From an uncultured bacterium (GTDB lineage Bacteria; Bacillota; Clostridia; Oscillospirales; Ruminococcaceae), in NCBI GenBank assembly GCA_905214345.1, contig CAJMLV010000004.1, positions 28,168-92,167 of the forward strand: 64,000 nucleotides of DNA. The letters are read 5' to 3'. A program made the translations under genes and the position numbers. Positions 29,755-41,788 of this stretch are shown piece after piece. Every line of letters begins with the position of its first letter. The first letter of the stretch is position 1. The notes under the pieces are model-generated. The model saw only the letters and a list, made by a program, of their open reading frames with translations, was not told the origin of the DNA and ran no database searches.

Positions 29755-30552
29755 TCAGACTTTGCCCCGTCCGCAGCCCCATTTGCGGAAATACCGTCCC
29801 ATGCTCACCAGCTGCATCTTGAAACGGCCGGCATCCCGCATGGGGGCGCGGTGCCAGGCGTGTACCGCCCGGAACTGGGGCAGCAGATACACCTGCCCGC
29901 ACTGCAGGGCTTTCTGGGTCAGGTCGGCATCCTCCACATACATGAAGTATTCCGGGTCGAACCCGCCGATTTTTTTGAACACATCGGTGCGCAGGGCGGC
30001 AAAGCTGCCGGTGCAGAACTCAATGGGGCGCGGTGCGCTCAGGTCCTCGTCCTGCATGGTGTAGTGGTCGTTGGCTTTGGCGAAAACGCCGCCCGGCATC
30101 CGGTCGGCCAGCTGGCGTGCCAGCAGCAGCCAGGGGGTGGGTTTGCGCCGGGGCAGATGCTGGATGCGCCCGTCCGGGAAATACAGCTGGGGGGTGGCCA
30201 TGACCACCCCGGGGTGCTCCATCAGCCAGGCAGCCATACCGGTGAGCACATCATCCTGCAAAAGCACATCCGGGTTCAGGATGAAATGCACATCGCTGTC
30301 CAGTTCTTCCATCACCGAATTGTGCCCGCGGCCAAAACCTACGTTTTCCGGCAGGCAGCGTACCGTTACACGGTCGTCCCCGAAATCTTCAGCCGCCAGC
30401 TGCTTGCCGCAGCCGTCGGGGCTGGCGTTGTCCACCACGAACAGGCGGAAATCCGGGGCGGAGGTGTGGGCCAGCACGCTGCGCACGGCGGCGCAGACTT
30501 CCTCGTAATCGCAGTACGCCACAATGCAGGCGCTGATTTTGGGGGCGCTCAT
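29755..30552 (-). CDS. Family 2 glycosyltransferase
   Basis: GT-A fold with DNAS and DxD (VEDAD) motifs. Start overlaps the metA stop (ATGA). Confidence 0.75.
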   Translation of the reverse strand: MSAPKISACIVAYCDYEEVCAAVRSVLAHTSAPDFRLFVVDNASPDGCGKQLAAEDFGDDRVTVRCLPENVGFGRGHNSVMEELDSDVHFILNPDVLLQDDVLTGMAAWLMEHPGVVMATPQLYFPDGRIQHLPRRKPTPWLLLARQLADRMPGGVFAKANDHYTMQDEDLSAPRPIEFCTGSFAALRTDVFKKIGGFDPEYFMYVEDADLTQKALQCGQVYLLPQFRAVHAWHRAPMRDAGRFKMQLVSMGRYFRKWGCGRGKV

Positions 30553-31496
30553 CGGCCGTTCTCCCGGCGGGAACCGAGAGCCTCCAGATTGCCCAGATCA
30601 TAGGGGGTGTTCTGGTATACATAATAATTCAGCCAGTTGGTGTACAGTAGATACCCGTGGGCGCGCCAGCGGAACAGCGGGTCCCGGCTGGGATCGTCGT
30701 CGGGATAGTAGTTCACCGGTACATGGATCTCCCGTCCGGCGGCCACATCCCGGCGGTATTCCGCGTCCAGGGTGTATTTGTCGTATTCCGGGTGGCCGAT
30801 CACAAAGATCTGCCGTCCCGATTCGGTGGAAAGCAGCATGGGACCGGCCACATCACTCTCGGCCAGGATGCGCAGGTCGGGGCAGGCATCAATGTCAGCC
30901 CGGTTCAGCCCGGCCCAGCGGCTGTGGGGGGCATAGAATACCTCATCAAAGCCCCGCACCAGAGGGTTGGAGGGCCGGGTCACATGATGCTCGAACACGC
31001 CGAACATCTTTTCCGGCAGATGTACCTTGCGCACCCCGTAATGGTAGTACAGCCCGGCCAGGGCGCCCCAGCACAGGTGAATGGTGGAGAAGACGTTCTC
31101 CTTGCTGTAATCCATGATCCGGCACAGCTCATCCCAGTAATCCACTTCGGGGTAATCCATATCCTCGATGGGGGCGCCGGTGATGATCAGCCCGTCAAAG
31201 CGCTGGTCCCGGATCTCATCAAAGGTCTTGTAGAAGGCCTGCATGTGCTCCTGGGGGGTATGGGTGGTGCTGTGGGTGGCCGTCTGCATGAAGGTCAGTT
31301 GCACCTGCAGGGGGCTGTTGGCCAGCAGACGGGCCAGCTGGGTCTCGGTGACGATCTTGGTGGGCATCAGATTCAGGATCAGGATGCGCAGCGGGCGGAT
31401 GTCCTGCCCGCGGGCCCGTTCCTTGTGCATCACAAAGACGTTCTCGTCCGAAAGGGCGCTGTAAGCAGGCAGGTCACGGGGAATAATAAGCGGCAT
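30549..31496 (-). CDS. metA: Homoserine O-acyltransferase (MetA family)
   Basis: MetA/HTS family (ILNLMP...GHPEYD). ATG at 31496 with RBS AAGGGAG. Confidence 0.85.
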   Translation of the reverse strand: MPLIIPRDLPAYSALSDENVFVMHKERARGQDIRPLRILILNLMPTKIVTETQLARLLANSPLQVQLTFMQTATHSTTHTPQEHMQAFYKTFDEIRDQRFDGLIITGAPIEDMDYPEVDYWDELCRIMDYSKENVFSTIHLCWGALAGLYYHYGVRKVHLPEKMFGVFEHHVTRPSNPLVRGFDEVFYAPHSRWAGLNRADIDACPDLRILAESDVAGPMLLSTESGRQIFVIGHPEYDKYTLDAEYRRDVAAGREIHVPVNYYPDDDPSRDPLFRWRAHGYLLYTNWLNYYVYQNTPYDLGNLEALGSRRENGR

Positions 31497-31518
31497 GGGG
31501 GCCAACTCCCTTTGTCAG

Positions 31519-32802
31519 TCAGATTTTGTCCAGAGCCTGGGCGATGTCCGCAATCAGGTCGGCTTTGTCTTCCAGTCCGCAGCTCATGCGCACCAGGTCG
31601 GGGCGCACGCCGGCGGCGGCCAGCTGTTCGTCGTTCATCTGGCGGTGGGTGGTGCTCGCGGGGTGCAGGCAGCAGGTGCGGGCGTCGGCCACGTGGGTCT
31701 CGATGGCCGCCACCTTTAGATAGCCCATAAAGGCCGCGGCGGCGTCACGGCCGCCCTTGATGCCGAAGCTGACCACGCCGCAGGAACCGTTGGGCAGGTA
31801 CTTCTGCGCGCGCTCGTAATACTTGTTGCCGGGCAGACCGCAGTAATCCACATAGGCGATCTTGGGGTGGTTAGCCAGGAACTCGGCCACGGCCTGGCCG
31901 TTTTCGCAATGGCGGGCCATGCGCACATGCAGGCTTTCCAGGCCCAGGTTCAGCATGTAGGCGTTGATGGGGCTCTGGGTGCAGCCGAAATCACGCATGA
32001 GCTGGGCGGTGCACTTGGTGATGAAGGCACCTTCCTTGCCGAAGCGCTCGGCATAGGTGATGCCGTGATAGCTGTCGTCGGGGGTGGTCAGGCCGGGGAA
32101 CTTGTCCGCGTGGGCCATCCAGTCAAAGTTGCCGCTGTCCACAATGGCGCCGCCGATGCAGCCGCCGTGGCCGTCCATGTACTTGGTGGTAGAATGGGTC
32201 ACGATGTCGGCACCCCATTCAATAGGACGGCAGCCGATGGGGGTGGGGAAGGTGTTGTCCACGATCAGGGGCACGCCGTGGGCGTGGGCCGCCTTGGCAA
32301 AGCGCTCAATGTCCAGCACGGTCAGGGCGGGGTTGGCGATGGTCTCGCCGAAGACAGCCTTGGTGTTGGGGCGGAAAGCGGCTTCCAGTTCCTCGTCGGA
32401 GCAGTCCGGGTCCACGAAGGTGGCTTCGATGCCCATCTTGGCCATGGTCACGGCAATCAGGTTGAAGGTGCCGCCGTAGATGGAGCTGGAAGACACGATG
32501 TGGTCGCCCGCGTTGCAGATGTTGAACAGGGCAAAGAAGTTGGCAGCCTGGCCGGAGCTGGTCAGCATGGCGGCGGTGCCGCCTTCCAGCTCGGCAATCT
32601 TGGCGGCCACATGGTCGCAGGTGGGGTTCTGCAGGCGGGAGTAGAAGTAGCCGCTGGCCTCCAGGTCAAACAGCTTGCCCATCTCGGCAGAGGTATCATA
32701 TTTAAAGGTAGTGCTCTGGATGATGGGAATCTGGCGGGGTTCGCCGTTGCCCGGCGTATAGCCCCCCTGCACACAGATGGTATTGATGGACCGTTTTTCC
32801 AT
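31519..32802 (-). CDS. metY: O-acetylhomoserine aminocarboxypropyltransferase (sulfhydrylase)
   Basis: PLP Cys/Met metabolism family (ICVQGGY...STTKY). RBS GGAGG. ORF-track 45-aa N-terminal extension rejected. Confidence 0.85.
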   Translation of the reverse strand: MEKRSINTICVQGGYTPGNGEPRQIPIIQSTTFKYDTSAEMGKLFDLEASGYFYSRLQNPTCDHVAAKIAELEGGTAAMLTSSGQAANFFALFNICNAGDHIVSSSSIYGGTFNLIAVTMAKMGIEATFVDPDCSDEELEAAFRPNTKAVFGETIANPALTVLDIERFAKAAHAHGVPLIVDNTFPTPIGCRPIEWGADIVTHSTTKYMDGHGGCIGGAIVDSGNFDWMAHADKFPGLTTPDDSYHGITYAERFGKEGAFITKCTAQLMRDFGCTQSPINAYMLNLGLESLHVRMARHCENGQAVAEFLANHPKIAYVDYCGLPGNKYYERAQKYLPNGSCGVVSFGIKGGRDAAAAFMGYLKVAAIETHVADARTCCLHPASTTHRQMNDEQLAAAGVRPDLVRMSCGLEDKADLIADIAQALDKI

Positions 32803-32859
32803 AATAAGGTAACCTCCCTCTATGATCACGCTTTTGCGGCGCGGTAAAATACTTATTTT

Positions 32860-32888
32860 ATTGTACCGTGTTGCGGGCCGGATTGCAA
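32860..32888 (-). promoter_or_regulatory. metY promoter (no riboswitch)
   Basis: TTGCAA, 17-nt spacer, TACAAT on the minus strand. The leader is only about 55 nt. Confidence 0.55.
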
Positions 32889-32946
32889 GGTTTGACCATA
32901 AATCTGCCCGGCGGGGATGTTCACAAATAATTTTCAAATTACCCTG

Positions 32947-32974
32947 TTGACTTTGGCGGTGAACGTGCTACAAT
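32947..32974 (+). promoter_or_regulatory. clpB sigma-70 promoter
   Basis: TTGACT, 16-nt spacer, TACAAT. Confidence 0.6.
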
Positions 32975-32975
32975 A

Positions 32976-33002
32976 TTAGCAGTCGAAGGTTGAGAGTGCT
33001 AA
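32976..33002. promoter_or_regulatory. CIRCE element (HrcA operator)
   Basis: TTAGCAGTC-N9-GAGTGCTAA has one mismatch to the consensus TTAGCACTC-N9-GAGTGCTAA. It lies immediately downstream of the -10. Confidence 0.75.
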
Positions 33003-33151
33003 TTCAAAACCGGAGGCGGTGCTGCGGGCGGATTCCACCTGGGAAAGTATAGGAAAATGACCATTGCCTGCCCAAAGCGCCGGACCGGGAAGCACTTGCG
33101 ACATTCGTTTGCTAATAGATCACAACGCAAGCTGTGAAGGAGGTTTGCCCT

Positions 33152-35761
<2,610 letters not shown>

Positions 35762-35793
35762 AACCATCCCATAAGACTCCCCGCATATAAATG

Positions 35794-35843
35794 AAAAGTC
35801 CCCCGGCCTGCCGAACAAGCAGACCGGGGGACTTTTGGCTTTT
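35794..35843. terminator. Bidirectional terminator
   Basis: GTCCCCCGGCCTGC-cgaacaa-GCAGACCGGGGGAC followed by TTTTGGCTTTT. Confidence 0.8.
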
Positions 35844-35856
35844 GGGAAAAGGAAAT

Positions 35857-36522
35857 TTATTTCATCAACCCTTTGAATACCAGGAAGGAGTAGACATAGA
35901 TCCACGCCGTGCCCAGCAAAGTGGCACCCAGCAGCACTGCAAGGCTGCCTGTGGGGCCGAGCATGGAAGAGAAAACTCCGGCCAGCAGGGTGGCGGCGCC
36001 AATCAGGATAAAGGTGAATCCGCCCATACGCTGGGTACGGTTCCAGTTGTGCTCGTCCGCCAGGGCCCAGGGCGTACGGCAGCCGAAGGTATAGTTCTGT
36101 TTGATTCGGGGCATGTAGTTGCCCAGCAGGATGAACAACAGCCCCACACCGCCGCCTATCAGAATACCTGCCGCGCTGCTGCCGTCCCGCAGAATGCCGA
36201 AAACCGCCAGCTCGCTCATCCAGCTGATGGCACAGCCCAAAAGCACGATGGCCAACATCATGCCTTTCCAGACAGGCTGGAACTTTTCGAAGTTCTTGCC
36301 TTTGGGGTCGATGCGGGGCATCACCCAAAAGAGCACAAGCAGACCCAGGGGCAGGGCTCCCAGGGCAAGGGCGCTCCACTTGGGCCCGAACCCGTCTGCT
36401 ACGCCTGCCCAGTTCCAGTGGATGGGGACTTCTTCCGGCATCAGGGGCAGGCAGGCGGCATGTCCCAGCAGATTTGCCGCACATACGGCGGCCAGTATCC
36501 CAAACAGTTTATTGTTTTTCAT
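35857..36522 (-). CDS. SdpI/YhfL family immunity-type membrane protein (DUF1648 + SdpI)
   Basis: 221 aa, 6 TM helices. Overlaps the upstream ArsR gene by 14 nt. Confidence 0.7.
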   Translation of the reverse strand: MKNNKLFGILAAVCAANLLGHAACLPLMPEEVPIHWNWAGVADGFGPKWSALALGALPLGLLVLFWVMPRIDPKGKNFEKFQPVWKGMMLAIVLLGCAISWMSELAVFGILRDGSSAAGILIGGGVGLLFILLGNYMPRIKQNYTFGCRTPWALADEHNWNRTQRMGGFTFILIGAATLLAGVFSSMLGPTGSLAVLLGATLLGTAWIYVYSFLVFKGLMK

Positions 36523-36793
36523 GGTCGGTTTCTCCCTTCATCAGTCCGAAGTCATAAAACCATTTCATAATCTCCTGAAAGACCGTCAGATTGAGGCAGT
36601 ACACGATATTCTGCCCCCGCCGTTCGTCGGTGACCAGCCCGGCGGCTTTCAGGGTGTTCAGGTGATGACTTACCGACGGTTTTGCCATATCAAAATGGGC
36701 GGCGATGTCTCCGGCGGTCATTTCACCCTCCGACAGCAACTCCAGAATCTTGCGGCGGGTCGGGTCGGCCAGCGCTTTGAATGCATCTCCCAC
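36509..36793 (-). CDS. ArsR/SmtB family repressor (SdpR-like)
   Basis: KALADPTRRKILELL HTH motif. GTG start with RBS AAAGGAGG. The ORF-track TTG start is embedded in the RBS. Confidence 0.75.
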   Translation of the reverse strand: MGDAFKALADPTRRKILELLSEGEMTAGDIAAHFDMAKPSVSHHLNTLKAAGLVTDERRGQNIVYCLNLTVFQEIMKWFYDFGLMKGETDHEKQ

Positions 36794-36823
36794 TTGCGGC
36801 ACCTCCTTTTGCAACTGCAAATA

Positions 36824-36851
36824 AGATATTTAGAAAATTGTCTAATTATCT
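36824..36851. promoter_or_regulatory. Putative SdpR/ArsR operator
   Basis: Imperfect 28-bp palindrome AGATATTTAGAAAATTGTCTAATTATCT (12 of 14 positions pair). It lies between the -10 and the RBS. Confidence 0.5.
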
Positions 36852-36862
36852 TGTTTGGCCTC

Positions 36863-36892
36863 AGTATAGCATCCTGTCCTGTGGCTGTCAAG
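36863..36892 (-). promoter_or_regulatory. Sigma-70 promoter of the arsR-sdpI pair
   Basis: TTGACA, 17-nt spacer, TATACT on the minus strand. Confidence 0.6.
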
Positions 36893-36894
36893 GG

Positions 36895-36942
36895 AAAACG
36901 ACAAAACAAAAACGCCCCCGGCGCAAGGGTGCCGGGGGCGTT
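36895..36942 (-). terminator. Terminator of the PPIase lipoprotein gene
   Basis: CGCCCCCGGC-gcaagggt-GCCGGGGGCG with a T-run on the minus strand. Confidence 0.75.
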
Positions 36943-36965
36943 GCAGGCAAAGCAAAAAGGGAAGA

Positions 36966-38135
36966 TCAGGCGTTGACTTCTTCCACGAGCTTCTCCATGA
37001 CCAGGTCGTTCAGGATGCTCATCTTCAGGTAGTTCTCGCCGTAGTAGTTCACATAGCTGGAGGTATCGCTGCTGCCGAAGTATTCCTGGAACTGGTTCTC
37101 CAGGGTCTCGGTGGTGCAGGTGATGCTGTACTTTTCGGCCAGAGTCTGCAGGATCAGGGTCTGCTGGATGGCGCCGTCGATGTAGGTGCGGCTGCTTTCC
37201 AGATAGGCGGCGGCACTGTCATAGCCGTTGGCCTGCATGAACTCGTCCAGGCTGACGCCGTACATCTGGGCGTACAGGTAGGGGCTGGACAGGTAGTAGT
37301 CCTCAAAGTACTTGGTCAGCTCGGCAGGAACTTCGCCTTCCACGGTCAGCTTCTCGCTCAGCTGGCTGTACAGTTCGTTGGTCTGCTGGCTGAACAGCAG
37401 CATGTCGGAAATGTAGGTGTTCAGGGTCTCCACGCTGTCCAGGCCCAGGGATTTGTTCAGGTTTTCCTTCACGAAATCATCGGTCAGGTCGGGGGTCACG
37501 CTTTCGGAGATGTAGTTCAGGGTGGTGGCAAACACGGCTTCCTTGCCGGCCAGGTCGGTGGCGCGGTAATCTTCGGGGAAGGTGACGGTCACATCAAAGG
37601 ACTCACCGGGGGTATGGCCCACGATCTGCTCCTCGAAACCATCGATGAAGGTGCCGCTGCCCAGGGTCAGGTCGTACCCTTCGGCAGAGCCGCCGTCGAA
37701 CTCCACGCCGTCCACGGTGCCCACATAGTCGATGTTGACGGTGTCGCCGTCGGCGGCGGCACGGTCGGTGACTTCCTGGGTCTCGGTGTAGTTCACCATG
37801 ATGTTTTCGTTGATGTAGTCGGCCACATCCTCGTCGCTCACGGTGTTGGCTTCGTCGGACAGGGTCAGGCCCAGGTCCTCCGGCAGGGTGATGTAATCCG
37901 AGGCGGTCACACCGGCCACATAGCCGTTTTCATCAAAGATGGAGCTGTAATCAAAGTCCGCCAGATAGGCATAGGGGTCGGCGGCGCTCTCTTCGGTGGC
38001 GGCGGCAGTCTCCGGGCTGGCGGTCTCGGCGGTGCTGGAGGCTTCGGTCTCCTTTTCGCCGCAGGCAGCCAGGCTCAGGGTCAGCGCAGCGGCGGTCATC
38101 AGAGCCGCGGGGCGGGTCAGGTTGGTCAGTTTCAT
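36966..38135 (-). CDS. Lipoprotein with trigger-factor-like and FKBP-type peptidyl-prolyl isomerase domains
   Basis: Lipobox LSLAACG. FKBP core (DYVGTVDGVEFDGG). Start at 38135 (MKLTNL). Confidence 0.7.
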   Translation of the reverse strand: MKLTNLTRPAALMTAAALTLSLAACGEKETEASSTAETASPETAAATEESAADPYAYLADFDYSSIFDENGYVAGVTASDYITLPEDLGLTLSDEANTVSDEDVADYINENIMVNYTETQEVTDRAAADGDTVNIDYVGTVDGVEFDGGSAEGYDLTLGSGTFIDGFEEQIVGHTPGESFDVTVTFPEDYRATDLAGKEAVFATTLNYISESVTPDLTDDFVKENLNKSLGLDSVETLNTYISDMLLFSQQTNELYSQLSEKLTVEGEVPAELTKYFEDYYLSSPYLYAQMYGVSLDEFMQANGYDSAAAYLESSRTYIDGAIQQTLILQTLAEKYSITCTTETLENQFQEYFGSSDTSSYVNYYGENYLKMSILNDLVMEKLVEEVNA

Positions 38136-38281
38136 GGAATTTCTCCTGTCTTTTGTAAAGTGATACCACATTATTATACATCATTTTCTCAAAATGTACA
38201 GCGCAACATTCCAATTTGCCTGCAAACATGCTATACTGAACGAAAAGTTTCCCGGCAATACCGGGTTTATGGGAGAAGATC

Positions 38282-38506
38282 ATGCAGAAAAAGGAAATCG
38301 ACCGCATCAACGAACTGGCACACAAGGCCAAGACCGAAGGCCTGACCGAAGCTGAAACCGCCGAGCGGGATGAACTGCGCCGCCGGTACATTGCGGACAT
38401 CCGTGCCGCCGTGCAGGATCAGCTGGCCCACACCATTGTGGAGGAACCGGACGGTACCCGCCATCCGCTGCTGAAAAAGGGGGGCGGCCAGGGTGCCGGA
38501 AGTTAA
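38282..38506 (+). CDS. DUF896/UPF0291 family small protein (YnzC-like)
   Basis: 74 aa (IDRINELAHKAKTEGLTEAE...RRYI). Confidence 0.7.
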   Translation: MQKKEIDRINELAHKAKTEGLTEAETAERDELRRRYIADIRAAVQDQLAHTIVEEPDGTRHPLLKKGGGQGAGS

Positions 38507-38519
38507 GAGCAGAATCGGC

Positions 38520-40166
38520 ATGACCCATCGCGTGGGGGCGGCGCTGCCCTGGCTGTGGCTGGCCGGTGCCTGGGCATTCGGTGTGGTGTTCATGCTGCTG
38601 TACGGACGCTCTCTTCTGGACAGCGACATGGCTTCCGAGATGGTCCTGGCGGCGCAGCTCAACCGGGAAGGCGGTTTCCTGTCCTCTGCCTGGTACTATT
38701 CCACCGAGTTGAGGGTGTTCTGCCAGCAACTGCTGTTCAAGCTGGGGTTGTGGGTGTTCCCGCAGAACTGGCACGCAGCCCGCACCCTCGCGCAGGCGAT
38801 CCTGTCGGCGCTGACGGCGGCATCCGCATTGTACTTTCTGTATGGTGCTTCGCTGCGCAAAAGTGCGCCCTGGCTGGCGGGAATCCTTTTGTGTCCCTTC
38901 GGCTTCTGGCAGCTGTTCCACTGTGTGTTCGGCGGCTTTTACTTCGTGCACATGATCTTTGTCATGCTCAGCATGGGGCTGGTTCTCCGCCTGGTGCGGC
39001 AGACCGGCACGACCCGCCGCAAGGTGCTGCGTGTTGTACTGCTGGCGGCGCTGGCCTTTGCGGCCGGACTCAACGGTGTGCGGATTCTGATGAATTTGTA
39101 CGCGCCGCTGGCAGCTGCCGCTCTGGTCATGCTGGCCTGGCGCTGGCATGCCGCGCCTCTGCGGCGGCCCCGCTCGGTGCCCCGGGTGCGGTTTGCGGCC
39201 GCATCTTTGTGGGCGGCGGTGTGGGCACTGGCCGGTTATGCGGTCAATGCAGGGGCGCTTGCCGGACAGTATACTTTTTCCGACCAGGGGCAGCGCGGCT
39301 GGACTTCGCTGGATTTTTCCCGTCTGCTGACCACCTGGGCAGATTTTCTGGCTTTGTTCGGTTATCCCGGTGACAGGGGAGCCCTGGACTATACCGACCC
39401 TGTTCCGCTGTTCAGCACGGTCGGACTGCTGGGGGCGGTGGGCCTGCTCATCGCCCTGGTCCTCATTGCAGCCACGGTGCAGCTGGTGCGCTGCCGCCGT
39501 GATCTTTGCTTTGAGCATGGTGCGGTACTGGCGGTGTTTCTTTCCTGCCTGCTGGTGGACGGCATGGCTTTTGCCTTTCTGAATGATATGATCGGCATCA
39601 ACGGAAGCTACTGGCTGCCGGTGGTGCCTCTGGCGCTGGCAGTGCTGGGCGTGGCAGGGGAGAACGTCCCCCTTCGTAAGGGCTTGCCCCGGCGGGGGTT
39701 GGCTTTGGGCCTTGCGGCGGCGTTTGTCTGCGTCAGCATCTCCACCACTCTGCGTTTTGTGGAGGAACCGCCCCGGGGGGACCCGCACCTGGAAACGATC
39801 AGCGATTGGCTGGTGGAAAACGGCTATACCCAGGGGTACGCTACCTTCTGGTACGGCAATGTGCTTACTGAATTGTCCGACGGACAGCTGGAGATCTGGA
39901 CGGTGGACGACATGACCCGGATGAACCTGCATGAGTGGCTGCAAAGCTGCGAGCACCAGAACCCGCCCCAGGGAGAGGTCTTTCTCCTCATCGATCCCAC
40001 CGTGGCGCGGGAAAACCTGGCATACGGGAAAAGCGCCCGTGTGGTATATGAAGATGACTACGGTTTCATGATACTGGCTGCGCCGGAAGCCGAACCCCTG
40101 GTAAAGGCGTCCCAGGCGGCGGAAGCAGCCCGTGTCGCACTAAACGCACAAAATGCGCAAAAATAA
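38520..40166 (+). CDS. Large polytopic membrane protein with C-terminal extracytoplasmic domain (unknown function, GT-C-like topology)
   Basis: About 10 TM helices followed by a soluble domain of about 150 aa. Start is ambiguous: GTG at 38493 or ATG at 38520. Coupled to the DUF896 gene. Confidence 0.5.
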   Translation: MTHRVGAALPWLWLAGAWAFGVVFMLLYGRSLLDSDMASEMVLAAQLNREGGFLSSAWYYSTELRVFCQQLLFKLGLWVFPQNWHAARTLAQAILSALTAASALYFLYGASLRKSAPWLAGILLCPFGFWQLFHCVFGGFYFVHMIFVMLSMGLVLRLVRQTGTTRRKVLRVVLLAALAFAAGLNGVRILMNLYAPLAAAALVMLAWRWHAAPLRRPRSVPRVRFAAASLWAAVWALAGYAVNAGALAGQYTFSDQGQRGWTSLDFSRLLTTWADFLALFGYPGDRGALDYTDPVPLFSTVGLLGAVGLLIALVLIAATVQLVRCRRDLCFEHGAVLAVFLSCLLVDGMAFAFLNDMIGINGSYWLPVVPLALAVLGVAGENVPLRKGLPRRGLALGLAAAFVCVSISTTLRFVEEPPRGDPHLETISDWLVENGYTQGYATFWYGNVLTELSDGQLEIWTVDDMTRMNLHEWLQSCEHQNPPQGEVFLLIDPTVARENLAYGKSARVVYEDDYGFMILAAPEAEPLVKASQAAEAARVALNAQNAQK

Positions 40167-40170
40167 AGTT

Positions 40171-40224
40171 GTGCCGCGCCCTGCAGGTTTTTGCATCACC
40201 TGCGGGGCGCGCCTTGTATTTTGG
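40171..40224 (+). terminator. Rho-independent terminator
   Basis: GCCGCGCCCTGCAGG...CTGCGGGGCGCGCC followed by TTGTATTTT. Confidence 0.7.
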
Positions 40225-40338
40225 CAGAATATCTGGTATAATCATACACGGCGGCGTATCCCGGTTTGAACAAATCGGCCCCCTGGCGGGACCGGGCGGA
40301 AAAGGCTGTACATTGAACCAAAAGCGAGGTTACAAAAC

Positions 40339-41631
40339 ATGCTTACTGCAATTACCGGCATCAACTGGGGCGACGAAGGAAAGGGCCGTATGGTCGACCT
40401 TCTCAGCCAGGATTACGACATCGTCGCGCGGTACCAGGGCGGCGACAACGCCGGCCATACCGTCAAGAATGAGCGCGGCAAGTTCGTGCTGAACCTGATC
40501 CCCTCCGGCATTCTGCGCCCGGAAGTGGTCTGCGTCATGGGCGGCGGCATGGTCATCGACCCTGTCCATCTGGAAAAGGAAATCGCCGCTCTGCGTGAAC
40601 AGGGCGTGGAAATCACCCCTGCCAACCTGAAGATCTCCGACCGCGCCACCATCACCATGCCCTTCCATGTGGACCAGGACGGTCTGGAAGAAGCCCGTCT
40701 GGCCAAGACCGGCGCTCAGTTCGGCTCCACCAAGCGCGGCATCGCCTACACCTACGGCGACAAGTTCATGAAGAAGACCCTGCGCATGGGCGACCTGGTG
40801 CACATGGACGCCGGCGTCCGCAAGCGCCTGGAGACCATCGTGGAATCCAAGAACCTGACCATGGAAGCCATCTACGGCCAGAAGCCGGTGAGCGTGGACG
40901 AAATGTGGGCCTGGTGTGAGCACTATTCCGCCGCTTTCAAGGACTACATCTGCGACGTGGGTGAGTACCTGGCCCAGGCCGATGACGCCGGCAAGAAGAT
41001 CATGTTCGAGGCTCAGCTGGGTGCTCTGCGTGACATCGACTACGGCATCTATCCCTACACCTCCAGCTCCAACACCATCAGCTCCTACGCTCCCATCGGT
41101 GCCGGCATCCCCGGCCGCAAGCTGGACCTGTCCGTCGGCATCATGAAGGCTTATTCCTCCTGCGTGGGCGAAGGCCCCTTCACCGCCGAACTGGCCATGA
41201 GCGAAGCCGACAAGGACGTGCTGCGTGAGCATGGTCACGAATACGGCGCCGCCACCGGCCGTCCCCGCCGTGTCGGTCCCTTCGACGTGGTGGCCAGCCG
41301 CTACGGCGTGCAGTGCCAGGGCTGTGACGAACTGGCCCTGACCCTGCTGGACGTGCTGGATTACATGGAGACCATCCCCGTGGTGGAATCCTACCGTCTG
41401 GCTGACGGCACCGTCACCGGCCGTTTCCCCACCGGCAAGACCCTGGACGATGCCCAGCCGGTCATCAAGGAGCTGCCGGGCTGGCACTGCGACATCACCT
41501 CCGTGCGCAAGTACGAGGACCTGCCCGCCGAAACCCGTGCCTATGTGGAATACCTGGAAAAGGCTGTGGGCTGCCGCATCAAATATATCTCCGTCGGCCC
41601 CGAGCGCGATGCTTGCATCGTCCGTGACTGA
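40339..41631 (+). CDS. purA: Adenylosuccinate synthase
   Basis: GDEGKGR P-loop and the full PurA family length (430 aa). Confidence 0.95.
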   Translation: MLTAITGINWGDEGKGRMVDLLSQDYDIVARYQGGDNAGHTVKNERGKFVLNLIPSGILRPEVVCVMGGGMVIDPVHLEKEIAALREQGVEITPANLKISDRATITMPFHVDQDGLEEARLAKTGAQFGSTKRGIAYTYGDKFMKKTLRMGDLVHMDAGVRKRLETIVESKNLTMEAIYGQKPVSVDEMWAWCEHYSAAFKDYICDVGEYLAQADDAGKKIMFEAQLGALRDIDYGIYPYTSSSNTISSYAPIGAGIPGRKLDLSVGIMKAYSSCVGEGPFTAELAMSEADKDVLREHGHEYGAATGRPRRVGPFDVVASRYGVQCQGCDELALTLLDVLDYMETIPVVESYRLADGTVTGRFPTGKTLDDAQPVIKELPGWHCDITSVRKYEDLPAETRAYVEYLEKAVGCRIKYISVGPERDACIVRD

Positions 41632-41693
41632 TGCAGCCTGAACCTTGCCCGCCGGAAGGCTGACAGGGTGTAAACCAAAAAGACTTTACAACA

Positions 41694-41730
41694 CAGCGGA
41701 CCCGCCTTTGTGCGGCTCCGCTGCTTTTTC
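41694..41730 (+). terminator. Rho-independent terminator after purA
   Basis: CAGCGGACCCGC...GCGGCTCCGCTG followed by CTTTTT. Confidence 0.6.
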
Positions 41731-41788
41731 AGCTCTACCATTTTTTGCAAAACCGTCCAACAGACATACAGAAAGGGGAGACCGGGCT

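Noticed and set aside
32803-32950. S-box (SAM) riboswitch upstream of metY
   Set aside because: The leader is only about 55 nt after TTGCAA, 17-nt spacer, TACAAT. No S-box conserved helices were seen on the minus strand.
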